Part shown: positions 40,537 through 50,267 of the stretch, in pieces | Layout of the letters: the number at the start of each line of letters is the position of its first letter | Position numbering within the stretch: the stretch's first letter is position 1 | From: an uncultured bacterium | GTDB lineage: Bacteria > Babelota > Babeliae > Babelales > Vermiphilaceae | Direction of reading: 5' to 3' | Assembly: GCA_963701085.1 (NCBI GenBank) | Contig: OY969561.1 | Span: 864,001-928,000 of the forward strand | Length of the DNA: 64,000 nt | The notes under the pieces: model-generated | The model's input: the letters and a program-made list of their open reading frames with translations, nothing else | Told to the model about the DNA's origin: nothing | The model's database searches: none | Made by a program: the position numbers and the translations under genes

Positions 40537-41427
40537 TCAACCTAACAACTCATTCACATATTCTTGCCCATCAAATTTTTTAATCTGATCAGATTGTTCA
40601 CCAAAGGTAAGAAAAACAACAGGAATAGCCAGTTCTTGAGCAATCCCAAATACAATACCACCTTTTCCCGTACCATCCATTTTGGTCAAAATAATACCCG
40701 TAACATCAGTGCTCTCTTTAAATAACTTTGCTTGTTCAAATGAATTTTGTCCAAGCATTGCATCAATAGTGAGCAATGTCGCAACATGCTGACCAGAAAG
40801 TTGTTTTTCAACAGATCGTTTTATTTTTGCAAGTTCATGCATTAAGTTTATTTTTGTTTGCAAGCGCCCTGCCGTATCAATGATAAGAATATCGTAGCCT
40901 TCAGTTTTAAACTTTTCACAACCTTGATATACCAGAGATGCTGGATCTTGCCCTTCTTTACCAACCAAAATATCAGCACCTGATTTTAATGCCCATTGAT
41001 TCAGTTGTTCTGGTGCGGCTGCACGGAACGTATCTGCCGCAACCAAGAGTACTTTTTTTCCTTGTTGTGTATATTTATGGGCAAACTTACCAATACTCGT
41101 TGTTTTGCCACTGCCATTAATACCCACGAAAAGAAATATCTGTTGTTTATCAATATCTGGCATGGAATATTGGATCAAAATATCTCTCAAAACGGTATGC
41201 ATTATTTGTTTGAGCTGTGCACCATCGATAATTCCTGCACCAATTTGTTTGCGTAATGCAGCAATAATTGAACGTGTTGTTGAAACACCAACATCACTGG
41301 AGATGAGTAAAATTTCTAATTCTTTGAGCGCAGCTTCATCGATAATAGTTCTACTAAAAAATGAACCTAACTTTGATGTGACGGTACTAAATATTTTTTG
41401 AAGTTTATCTTTGATAAAACTAAACAT
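40537..41427 (-). CDS. ftsY: Signal recognition particle receptor FtsY (NG domain only)
   Basis: GINGSGKTTSIGK, DTFRAAA, DTAGR, TKMDG.GKGG; start reassigned to MFSFIKDKL. Confidence 0.93.
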   Translation of the reverse strand: MFSFIKDKLQKIFSTVTSKLGSFFSRTIIDEAALKELEILLISSDVGVSTTRSIIAALRKQIGAGIIDGAQLKQIMHTVLRDILIQYSMPDIDKQQIFLFVGINGSGKTTSIGKFAHKYTQQGKKVLLVAADTFRAAAPEQLNQWALKSGADILVGKEGQDPASLVYQGCEKFKTEGYDILIIDTAGRLQTKINLMHELAKIKRSVEKQLSGQHVATLLTIDAMLGQNSFEQAKLFKESTDVTGIILTKMDGTGKGGIVFGIAQELAIPVVFLTFGEQSDQIKKFDGQEYVNELLG

Positions 41428-41515
41428 GGGGCCTCTATATAAATGATGAATAATCTGAATTAGTTTTAACATTATAACAAAAAGATGCCTTTTTAGCGAT
41501 ACCAAAAACAGTTCT

Positions 41516-42493
41516 TTATGCAACAACAAGCACATCAAGCTGCGCAACAACACGCTCAACCTGACAACAATTATAATCAACAATCGCTTGTATATACTGT
41601 TTTTTTACTGAACTATACGTATACACCGCATCATGAGCACATTTCATCCACAAATCATATAACGCGTTTGCAGAATATTTATCAATAAGTTTATTTAACC
41701 AATCACGTACATGACTCAACGCCGTAACTTCTTTTGGTGATAATTGTTCACTATTAAGTCTGACTAAAAAGTCATAAGAATCTGTTGCAAGATGAGATAT
41801 AGACTTTAAATCCCATGTAATTGCGCTAGCTGAAGCATTGTTATTAAACCAATAAACAGAACTAAAAACACGATCCATATCAATTGCATAAAAATGAGCT
41901 GTTTGAGCATCAAAAAATAAATTACCCTGATGACGATCATAATTATCAAGATAGATATCAAGCGCTACAATAGAACAAAGTTCATCATTTTCAGTAATAC
42001 TTTGTAAATGAGCGAAACAACGCAACCCCCCATAAATATCAGCCTTTTCACACATGTTTGCAATATTACATACTTCTTTACCCGGCACGCAGGTATGAAT
42101 AGTGGCTACACAACCATCATCTTTACCAGCACAATGGATGTGCGGTGGAATTATTCTTACTTTATTAATACGAATACCAACCGATGCCCCAACATGGGCA
42201 CCCAGCGCCTCATGAATTGCTTGTTCAGGATCAGCATAACATTTAATAATAAAACTATGTTTATGACCATCTTTTAAAAAAGCGACTTTGTTAAAACTCA
42301 CCAGTGGTAATCTATCCGTATCCAAAAACAATGGCTCCTGATACGTAAAATCAGTACCATTAAGCACATTAACAACTGCACGATTTGGCGCAGCCAAGCG
42401 TTTTGCTTCAACAAAACCTGCTGCTGAAACCAATAAAGCAACAAAAAGTGCCTTTACGGCCATATATCGTCTATTTTTCTGTATAATGTTCAT
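41516..42493 (-). CDS. Secreted HipA/PI3-PI4-kinase-like protein
   Basis: Signal peptide; FIIK, EAL helix, NYDRHQGN catalytic loop, AIDMD; start reassigned to MNIIQK. Confidence 0.65.
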   Translation of the reverse strand: MNIIQKNRRYMAVKALFVALLVSAAGFVEAKRLAAPNRAVVNVLNGTDFTYQEPLFLDTDRLPLVSFNKVAFLKDGHKHSFIIKCYADPEQAIHEALGAHVGASVGIRINKVRIIPPHIHCAGKDDGCVATIHTCVPGKEVCNIANMCEKADIYGGLRCFAHLQSITENDELCSIVALDIYLDNYDRHQGNLFFDAQTAHFYAIDMDRVFSSVYWFNNNASASAITWDLKSISHLATDSYDFLVRLNSEQLSPKEVTALSHVRDWLNKLIDKYSANALYDLWMKCAHDAVYTYSSVKKQYIQAIVDYNCCQVERVVAQLDVLVVA

Positions 42494-42598
42494 AACAACC
42501 CCCTTGATTAGATACTTAATCACTATATGACCAATATACATTAAAAATAGAATAAAGAAAAAAGCCCCCACAAAACACCTATCTAGCCGATAATTCTA

Positions 42599-43219
42599 TT
42601 AGAATGACAAATCTTGACAATTACCCAGCATATGCTCAGCTCGCTGCAAAAACAGCTTGATACGGCGATAATCGTTGCCAATCAGCAGCGAATACGTCTG
42701 CATAAACCCATTAATCTTATCTTTAGTGAGAATTTTAAGCTCAATATGCTGCTTTAAGAGCGCAAGCATAAGCTCATCCATATTAAAGATTTGTGCTGAA
42801 TGAGTAAAAAGAAGATGCATATAGCGCGTACTTGCAAAAAAAATCTTGCTGATCTCAGCATCTGGACGGGTAATAAAGGCATGAATTTTAGGGGGTTCTG
42901 GCGCAATAAGATACGACATAGACTTCTTTTCTTGATAGCCAATTGCTATGCATGAAAACGTTGTTTTAAGAAATTCAAATATTTGTGGCTGCTCTTTAAG
43001 CAGCTCTTCTTCTGTTTTTTGATAAGGGAATGGATAACGAACAGGATCCATTGAGCCTGTCTGCACCTGATGGACAATGCCAAATACCGTGCGTTTTTTA
43101 CCTTCTATGGCTACAAATGAACCAAATTCAGGAAATGTGTCCCAGGACCAGCTTTGGGCGAGCCAACCTGTTAAAGAACTTTCAATCACTTCCGCAAAAT
43201 ATTTCTCCTTGCTCATCAC
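42599..43219 (-). CDS. HAS-barrel-like domain protein
   Basis: AEVIESS, P.FGSFV, GIV..V.T.S.DP.R, EE..L..EQPQI, PP.IH pattern. Confidence 0.6.
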   Translation of the reverse strand: MMSKEKYFAEVIESSLTGWLAQSWSWDTFPEFGSFVAIEGKKRTVFGIVHQVQTGSMDPVRYPFPYQKTEEELLKEQPQIFEFLKTTFSCIAIGYQEKKSMSYLIAPEPPKIHAFITRPDAEISKIFFASTRYMHLLFTHSAQIFNMDELMLALLKQHIELKILTKDKINGFMQTYSLLIGNDYRRIKLFLQRAEHMLGNCQDLSF

Positions 43220-43901
43220 TACTTATCTCCAGTTGTACGCTACTTTCACTCTCATTACTCAGTAATTTTTTTAAAAAACTTGTCCGGTGAATTATTGAAC
43301 TATGATGCGTTTTCAAAGCAAGCTTATGCACCACCGTGCCATATCCTTTATTATCTGCCAATGCATAACCAGGAATAGCACAATCGTACAACTCCATCAT
43401 GGCATCTCTGGTAACTTTAGCAACAATAGATGCTGCGGCAATAGAACTTGATTTTGTTTCACCTTTTGTAAAATAATGGACGGGAATATCATTAAATTGG
43501 GTATCAGACAGATCTAATGGCATGGCATCAATAAGAATTGCTGATGGGCGCTGAACAGACATTTCAAGCGCATGCACGAGCGCCTTTTTCATGGCGATAA
43601 GCGTCGCCTGGTAAATATTATGCTTATCGATGGTACGATGATGCACAATACCAACGCCATAGCCACAATTGAGCGTAATCCAATTAAAAGCATCATTCCG
43701 CTCTTCCGGCGTCATAATTTTTGAGTCTTTAAGCATGCGATGGGCTTTATTAAGCGGCAAAATAACGGCTGCAGCAACCAATGGCCCCGCCAAACAGCCC
43801 CTACCAACCTCATCAATCCCCACCACAACCGCTTGTTGTTGCCACGCTGCGCGTTCATGGGAATTCTTCTTTAAATTGCCTGTTTGTCTGATTATGACCA
43901 T
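43182..43901 (-). CDS. rnhB: Ribonuclease HII
   Basis: GIDEVGRGCLAGPLVAAAV, DSK, IAAASIVAKVTRD, KGYGT, HRTSF. Confidence 0.95.
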   Translation of the reverse strand: MVIIRQTGNLKKNSHERAAWQQQAVVVGIDEVGRGCLAGPLVAAAVILPLNKAHRMLKDSKIMTPEERNDAFNWITLNCGYGVGIVHHRTIDKHNIYQATLIAMKKALVHALEMSVQRPSAILIDAMPLDLSDTQFNDIPVHYFTKGETKSSSIAAASIVAKVTRDAMMELYDCAIPGYALADNKGYGTVVHKLALKTHHSSIIHRTSFLKKLLSNESESSVQLEISSDEQGEIFCGSD

Positions 43902-44009
43902 AAATTTTCATTTCCATTTGACAAAGTTGTCACGATGAGTACAATTAGAAATAATACAGTAGTTTCAATAGTACTATAAGTGTAACCACTTTTTAAGGAG
44001 ATATAAAGA

Positions 44010-44687
44010 ATGATTTCAGTATCTACACAATTACGAGTAAAAGAACTTTTAAGAGAAAAAGGTTGGACAACCAAGATTTTAGCAGAAAAAACTGGTATGT
44101 CTGAAAGCTATCTAACCCATATTAAAAACGGCACACGTCGTTGGAATGAAGATTCCTTGAGAAAATTATCTCAAGCGTTTGAAATCAGCCCAATCGATCT
44201 GTTTGCTGAACACCGCCAACGCACTGATGACATTGATAAAAATGTCAGCATGCCTGAACAATCTGACCTTGAATTACAAGTTAAAGTTGTTCCTGTTGTT
44301 GGTGAAGTACCATCAAACCCATCTCCATACAATAATCAATTAATGCAAGTTACTACTGGCTATAAAGATGTCTTTGTTCCCGTATTCAACTCAGCTGACA
44401 ATGCAATGTTTGCTCTTTGTGTTGAAAACAATGGAATGGCGCCAACATTTATAAAAGGTGATTATTTAATAGTTTCTCCAGAAGTATGGACACGCTCAGG
44501 CGATATCGCTGCTGTTGAATTTGGCAACGATACTCCTATTAAAGCAGTTATGCAAGTTACCTACACTGAAGATTTTATTGTTCTTGAATCAGTCAACCAC
44601 AAACAACCTCCTATAGCATTGGTTCGCGGCAAAGATCACTTCAGAATAATTGGTCGTGTTATCCAACGCAGCCAAAAATTTGCATAA
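44010..44687 (+). CDS. XRE-HTH + S24-like (LexA/CI-type) transcriptional regulator
   Basis: N-terminal HTH (LAEKTGMSESYLTHIKNG); VPVVGEV, FALCV...M.P...GD.LIV, L.S.N, IIGRVI. Confidence 0.85.
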   Translation: MISVSTQLRVKELLREKGWTTKILAEKTGMSESYLTHIKNGTRRWNEDSLRKLSQAFEISPIDLFAEHRQRTDDIDKNVSMPEQSDLELQVKVVPVVGEVPSNPSPYNNQLMQVTTGYKDVFVPVFNSADNAMFALCVENNGMAPTFIKGDYLIVSPEVWTRSGDIAAVEFGNDTPIKAVMQVTYTEDFIVLESVNHKQPPIALVRGKDHFRIIGRVIQRSQKFA

Positions 44688-44913
44688 TCCTTCGATACAC
44701 CCCTAACGGGGCACTTCCTACTACGCGTGAAGCTTCGTAGGATAAACAGGATGACCGGAAGAAATAGTTTAATAAATAGCAGAAAACCTAGTATTTCTCG
44801 GGTTTTCTGCTATTCTCGTTTATGAAGGGGTTTGTAAAAAAACCTCAATGAAACAGTCAAAGGCTAGTTTCATAGTTATATAATTAACTTCCAAATCATA
44901 TAAAGGTTCATCC

Positions 44914-45351
44914 ATGGCGGTATTGCGACAATACGAGGCTTTATTGCTCACCGTTCCGGAAATCACCGGTGACGAAGTAAAACACCTTGAAACCAATCTT
45001 GATAAAGCTATCAAGACAGGCACAGGTTCTACTATCTCTTTTGAACGTTGGGGAAAATACAAATTAGCATACGACATTAACAAAAATGAGTATGGCATTT
45101 TCTTTCTCATGCGTTTTGAAGCTCCAGAAAAATCAACACTCATCAACGATATGAAAACATTACTCAAAGTAAAACTGAATAACGTTGTTATGCGTGATAT
45201 GATTTCTGTTCTTAATCCAAAACATCCGCTTACTTACCAAAGACCTCGCTCCCTTGAAGAAGCTCCAGCACGTGAAGCTGATGGTTTTGCAAGAGATAAA
45301 GCGTCTAGCTACTTCTCTGCTGATGACAGAGATGACATTGACGAAGACTAA
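44914..45351 (+). CDS. rpsF: 30S ribosomal protein S6
   Basis: [16 protein letters not shown], acidic C-terminal tail. Confidence 0.9.
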   Translation: MAVLRQYEALLLTVPEITGDEVKHLETNLDKAIKTGTGSTISFERWGKYKLAYDINKNEYGIFFLMRFEAPEKSTLINDMKTLLKVKLNNVVMRDMISVLNPKHPLTYQRPRSLEEAPAREADGFARDKASSYFSADDRDDIDED

Positions 45352-45383
45352 ATCATACTAAGAAAACTTTAGGATTTAACACT

Positions 45384-45671
45384 ATGACTAAGAAAATTAA
45401 GCTAAAAATAAGCGCTCGTTTGGTTAAGAAACGCTCACGTCGTGGCAACGGTAACCGTCCAAAAATGTGTCGTTTCTGTTCTGATAAAGAGCAAGTGTAT
45501 GGTATTGACTACAAAAACTCTACATTCCTTAAGGGTTTTTTGACTGAGCGCGGGAAAATATTACCTTCGCGCATTTCAGGTGCATGCGCACGTCATCAAC
45601 GTACTATTTCTCAAGAAATTAGAAAATCCCGTGTTATGGCATTATTGCCGTACTCAGGGCCAGCGTTTTAA
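45384..45671 (+). CDS. rpsR: 30S ribosomal protein S18
   Basis: [32 protein letters not shown]. Confidence 0.95.
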   Translation: MTKKIKLKISARLVKKRSRRGNGNRPKMCRFCSDKEQVYGIDYKNSTFLKGFLTERGKILPSRISGACARHQRTISQEIRKSRVMALLPYSGPAF

Positions 45672-45699
45672 ATAAAACGCTCATTGCATCATGATATTT

Positions 45700-45732
45700 A
45701 AGAGTGATTCCACAAGAATCACTCTTTTTTTT
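45700..45732 (+). terminator. Intrinsic terminator after rpsR
   Basis: aagagtgattc cacaa gaatcactctt followed by a T-run. Confidence 0.75.
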
Positions 45733-45779
45733 GGGGTCCCCAACTTTCTAAGAACCTATCCCTAAATTAATTTTTTCCT

Positions 45780-45854
45780 GCGCTCGTCCTGAACTTGTTG
45801 AAGGATATCCTCGAGCGCTCGAAGAAATCCTTCAACAAGTTCAGGACGAGCGCG
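45780..45854. repeat. Palindromic element (simple form)
   Basis: Core identical to the 14429-14503 copy. Confidence 0.9.
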
Positions 45855-46061
45855 AGTAAAACAGGAAAAATGTATTAATAGTATTCTGGATACCCTTATG
45901 AATCTAGGGTTTTAAATTCGATCGCCCTGTATATTGTTACAAAATTATTGCAATCTGAATAAATTATTTGCTATTTTTAAGATACCTAGAGACCTCTATG
46001 GTAAAAATAAGAGACATAGTGCATAGTGCAATATGCTCAACAATGTTCATGAAAAAGGAGA

Positions 46062-46529
46062 GTGATTATGAAAAAGTACAATGTAAGTTTAGCGAGTTTA
46101 CTGTTGTTTTTTGCAACTGGTGCAGCAATTGCTATGCAAGGAAAAAGCCTTCAAGTGATGTTAGAAAATAGATCCACGCTTCCAATAAATGTGCTCATCA
46201 CCTATGATAGTGGTAAAGGTAAAGACATAATGTTTAAGCTCAAAGGCGGGGCATTAACTCCCATCAAGCAGGCGAACGACATTAAAAATATACAGGTAGA
46301 AGATTTTATGAGTGCCCTCAGTGGAGGACTTTCTAAATTTTCTAAGTATTCTGGTGAGCTATTTAAAATTATGGTTGGTTTTTATAGGAACAACTATTAT
46401 AAAATGAACGTACAAGCCACTGTAGTTGTTCAAGATGATTTAAGCATTAATATTGAGTGGGCTGATATGGACAATAATGGTGCACCAATGGCCAATGTTC
46501 TTACCGCCACCACTTTTAGAGAGCAATAA
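46062..46529 (+). CDS. Hypothetical secreted protein
   Basis: aggag RBS; signal MKKYNVSLASLLLFFATGAAIAM. Confidence 0.65.
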   Translation: MIMKKYNVSLASLLLFFATGAAIAMQGKSLQVMLENRSTLPINVLITYDSGKGKDIMFKLKGGALTPIKQANDIKNIQVEDFMSALSGGLSKFSKYSGELFKIMVGFYRNNYYKMNVQATVVVQDDLSINIEWADMDNNGAPMANVLTATTFREQ

Positions 46530-46741
46530 TCCTACATCAGATCTTTCCATGCCCCTTGAGGACTAGGCACGTTCAGCAAAGCATTTCCCGCCTATCCCCT
46601 ATATTTTATAAAATTATTGCAAAATTATTGCAATCTGAATAAATTACTTGCTAGTCTTAACATACCTAGAGGCCTCTATGGTAAAAATAAGAGACATAGT
46701 GCATGGTGCGCTACGCTCAACAATGTTCATGAAAAAGGAGA

Positions 46742-47221
46742 ATGATTATGAAAAAGTACAATGTAAGTTTAGCGGGTTTATTGTTGTTTTTTGCAACTGG
46801 TGCAGCTATCGGTATGGGAAACCAAAATCTTGAAGTTATTTTAAAGAATGATACCCAGCGTGATATAAAAGTAACTGTTGAGTATATAAATGAGGAAAAG
46901 GGATCATTTATACTGCAAGCAAATAAGCAGCAAACGATAGGTGCACAGGGGATGAAGGTTATGAGTATTATAGCTGAAGGTTCGGTGTCCCCTTATCCGA
47001 GTTCGCTATTTGATGCGATTAATACCTATTATAAAGCGAACTGCGCAAAACAACCTGTGAAAGCCATAATGAAAGTTATGGCAAAAAAAGAGGCTAATAA
47101 CGAGCTTGCTTTTATTGTTCACGAAATTGATTGGGTTGATCTAAATACGAAGAAAACAGTAATAACTTCTGTTACGCCTAAATTGGTACAGACTAAAATT
47201 TTTTCTATAACAAAAAAGTAA
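46742..47221 (+). CDS. Hypothetical secreted protein (shares promoter/signal cassette with 46062..46529)
   Basis: ~45941-46130 is repeated at ~46621-46810. Confidence 0.65.
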   Translation: MIMKKYNVSLAGLLLFFATGAAIGMGNQNLEVILKNDTQRDIKVTVEYINEEKGSFILQANKQQTIGAQGMKVMSIIAEGSVSPYPSSLFDAINTYYKANCAKQPVKAIMKVMAKKEANNELAFIVHEIDWVDLNTKKTVITSVTPKLVQTKIFSITKK

Positions 47222-47457
47222 ATTAGCCATACATTTAAAGATTATGGGCATGGAGCTTGATGTTTCAAGTGAAATGCCCACAATCTTTATTTTTTTTTAG
47301 TTACTATCCCACCTTGAGGTTAAGCACGATCAGCAAGCTCTTTTCCTGCGTAAGCCCCTGCATAAATATAGACATTATTGACATATTGAAAATAATTTGA
47401 TAGACTTATAGATGAAGTAGATAAAACTCTATCCTCATTACATGAGAGGTTTTTATT

Positions 47458-47853
47458 ATGAATATTTCAAAAAAACTGTTTTTAATAGCTACATTTGGAC
47501 TTGGATTAGGCTTGCAAATCAGTGCATCTGAACCAGCAAGTACCTTAGACTTTGCAGATAAATTGGACAGAGTATCAAACACTGAACCCAAAAATATTGC
47601 CCGTTGGATCCGAGAAACCTATAACCGTGTTGATACTCGCGGCAAAGAAATAAATGAGAAACTAGAAGGTATAGTTAGTTCTAATAACTCTGATACAAAC
47701 AAAACAAAGGCTATCAAAACAATATGGGAACAAGAAACTACCCCAAAAAGCAATGAAGGTTACTTCTCTAACATAAGCACTTTCGCCAAGGTTGCGGCAG
47801 CGTTTATAGTAACTGCAAGCATTGCATCCTATTTCTATTTTACACGCCGATAG
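47458..47853 (+). CDS. Hypothetical protein, signal peptide plus C-terminal TM anchor
   Basis: TTGACA...TAGACT promoter and gagg RBS upstream; hydrophobic C-terminus ending TRR. Confidence 0.6.
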   Translation: MNISKKLFLIATFGLGLGLQISASEPASTLDFADKLDRVSNTEPKNIARWIRETYNRVDTRGKEINEKLEGIVSSNNSDTNKTKAIKTIWEQETTPKSNEGYFSNISTFAKVAAAFIVTASIASYFYFTRR

Positions 47854-47970
47854 ACACGACCAACTAATGACTAAAATCTACTTTTCTTAAATAATTATAA
47901 AAAAGCCCTGGCTAACTATGCCGGGGCTTTTTTGCGAGCATAATAACCTTTTTTATGCTATTCTAAAAGC

Positions 47971-48726
47971 ATGAAAGTATATAAATTAATCATAGCATAC
48001 GACGGTTCCGATTATTTTGGTTGGCAAGATCAACCAGAAAAGCCATCCGTTGCAGCAGCATTAAATCGTGCATTTACAACCGTATTTAAAATAGAAATGA
48101 AGGTGCTTGGCGCATCGCGCACTGATGCCGGTGTACATGCCCTGGGTCAAGTTGCACGCATAAAAACGGATCTTGCCATTACACCAGATCGCCTTAAATG
48201 GGCATGGAACAACGCGTTACCAGCAGACATAACTATTCGATCACTTGAAGAGATCGATAATTCTTTCAATCCATTTTGCAATGTTGCACAAAAAATTTAT
48301 CATTACCATTTTTTTACCGAGCGCCCTCTCCCATTTATCCAACGCTACGGTTCTTTTTACCCCTATAAAATAGATTTTGATTTACTCAGACAAGCTTTAC
48401 AATTTTTTGTCGGCACCCATGATTTTTGTGCTTTCAAAAGTAGTGAAGACACGCGCACAAACACTGTTCGAACCATTGATGCAATTTCACTTGAATACGT
48501 ACCGCGATATAAAGCGTATCGCATCACGGTTACAGGACAAAAATTTTTACGTCACATGATTCGGCGTATTGTTGGTGCAAGTCTAGCGGTTGCATCAAAA
48601 AACGGGCATACTTTAGAATCATTACAAAAAATAATGGATGCTTGTGATCCAAGACATACTTTACCTAATGCACCGGCACAAGGATTAATGTTATATAAAA
48701 TTATATATGATCAATGTAAGGATTAG
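47971..48726 (+). CDS. truA: tRNA pseudouridine(38-40) synthase
   Basis: AYDGSDYFGWQ, SRTDAGVHALGQ, GTHDF, FLRHMIR, APAQGL. Confidence 0.95.
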   Translation: MKVYKLIIAYDGSDYFGWQDQPEKPSVAAALNRAFTTVFKIEMKVLGASRTDAGVHALGQVARIKTDLAITPDRLKWAWNNALPADITIRSLEEIDNSFNPFCNVAQKIYHYHFFTERPLPFIQRYGSFYPYKIDFDLLRQALQFFVGTHDFCAFKSSEDTRTNTVRTIDAISLEYVPRYKAYRITVTGQKFLRHMIRRIVGASLAVASKNGHTLESLQKIMDACDPRHTLPNAPAQGLMLYKIIYDQCKD

Positions 48727-48728
48727 AT

Positions 48729-49289
48729 ATGTTCAATCATCGCATAAAAAAAATAGTTTTATTGATAAGCATCACTCTTGCTGCTTGCGGCGGCATTGGT
48801 ACATATATTTATTATGCAAATACACAACAAGAACAGATATCTGATTTTAATCCCGCGCGTGATACGCAAGCAATCATGGATATATTTAATCAAAATTGGT
48901 ACTGGCTTTTGGCCAGTGAAGAGTCTTCGCCGGCTTTTATGATTAAACACCGTACCCATGATACCAATCCTTTGCATTTTGGATCATTACATATTAAAGT
49001 ACTACGTAAAAACAACAAATTAGCTGGTTTTGCGGCATATTTTATGGAAAATCCACAAGAGGGCCGCATTCTCTTTTTAGCCGTTGGACATGATTTCAGG
49101 GGCAAGGGATATGGCAAAATATTAGCGCAACATGCGATGAAGGAGATGTTTGCAATGGGTGCCACCCATATTGCACTGTGGACACGCGTGAGCAACCTTC
49201 CTGCACAACGCATTTATAAAGAACTTGGATTTAAAGAAATGTTTGATGACAATGGCTATGTTTTCTTTGAATACTGGCCAAATAAATAA
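48729..49289 (+). CDS. GNAT family N-acetyltransferase with N-terminal TM/signal
   Basis: LAV..DFRGKGYG motif A, N.PAQRIYKELGF motif B. Confidence 0.85.
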   Translation: MFNHRIKKIVLLISITLAACGGIGTYIYYANTQQEQISDFNPARDTQAIMDIFNQNWYWLLASEESSPAFMIKHRTHDTNPLHFGSLHIKVLRKNNKLAGFAAYFMENPQEGRILFLAVGHDFRGKGYGKILAQHAMKEMFAMGATHIALWTRVSNLPAQRIYKELGFKEMFDDNGYVFFEYWPNK

Positions 49290-49298
49290 AAAATAATT

Positions 49299-50267
49299 AT
49301 GAACAACAAAATAATCATCACCATTACGACTGTATCATTATACGTTTCATCACACACCATCTGCATGGAGCAAGAGTTAGAACAATATTTGAATGGATGC
49401 AAAATAATACGTACATATAATGAAAAAAAACTTCAACGGTACAAAAATGAGCTGATTGCCAAAGACACTGAAGCCCTTGAACAAGAAAAAATTATTATAA
49501 AAAACAAATTTGCACGCTATAAAACCAATTTATTACAACAAAAACAAACACTCCTTAATAAAATCAAAAAGCACCATACTATAGATAAACATCTTTGGCG
49601 AATGTGCATAAGTACCATCAAAAAAATAGATTGCTATAATAAGCAACTTCAACATACTCCTTTAGATCATGCGTATCATGGTAACGCAATTGATAAACAT
49701 ATACTCCAATTTATGACAGAAAGATTAAAAAATAACGGTATTAACCCACTCAGAGTCACCATACGGAATGAACACAACCATCTTGGACATGTATATCGTT
49801 CAAACATACAGATTCCTCATATCTACAAATCACCACGTTCGTCAGAAAACAGCGCTCCTATTGAACTTATCTTTAACTGGAATATTTTCTCACAACTTTC
49901 TGCATCTCATCAGATAGCAGTAACTGCCCGCTTGGTTGAAGATGCAGTGCAAAACTCTTCAATAATAACACCTGGTCTTATTGCAGAAATTGAACCATTA
50001 GCAACTAATGAAGAAAACTCTATTATAGATAGTCCAGAGTTTATTGCATTACAAAAAATATGCTCAGAAACATTACCAACTTTTTTACCATGTCTGATCA
50101 ATCCTATTATTGCATCATGCATGCTCGATCTTTTGTCTGAAAATTATCGTCAGGATTTTAGCCTGAAAGATTACAAACTTTTGAGCAAAATCAACAGACA
50201 TTGGAACATCCTGAGATGGATTGAACAACTTGAAAAAATTCCGTATACACTGCGCGCAATACTATAA
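49299..50267 (+). CDS. Hypothetical secreted protein
   Basis: Signal ends TICM, coiled-coil N-terminus. Confidence 0.6.
   Translation: MNNKIIITITTVSLYVSSHTICMEQELEQYLNGCKIIRTYNEKKLQRYKNELIAKDTEALEQEKIIIKNKFARYKTNLLQQKQTLLNKIKKHHTIDKHLWRMCISTIKKIDCYNKQLQHTPLDHAYHGNAIDKHILQFMTERLKNNGINPLRVTIRNEHNHLGHVYRSNIQIPHIYKSPRSSENSAPIELIFNWNIFSQLSASHQIAVTARLVEDAVQNSSIITPGLIAEIEPLATNEENSIIDSPEFIALQKICSETLPTFLPCLINPIIASCMLDLLSENYRQDFSLKDYKLLSKINRHWNILRWIEQLEKIPYTLRAIL

Noticed and set aside
44010-44687. Prophage marked by a CI-like repressor
   Set aside because: Flanked by rnhB and rpsF; no integrase, structural or replication phage genes in the window.
14427-45854. Palindromic repeats as a CRISPR array or integron attC sites
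   Set aside because: Copies are dispersed with no regular repeat-spacer period; no cas or integrase gene; no GTTRRRY/RYYYAAC core pattern recognised.
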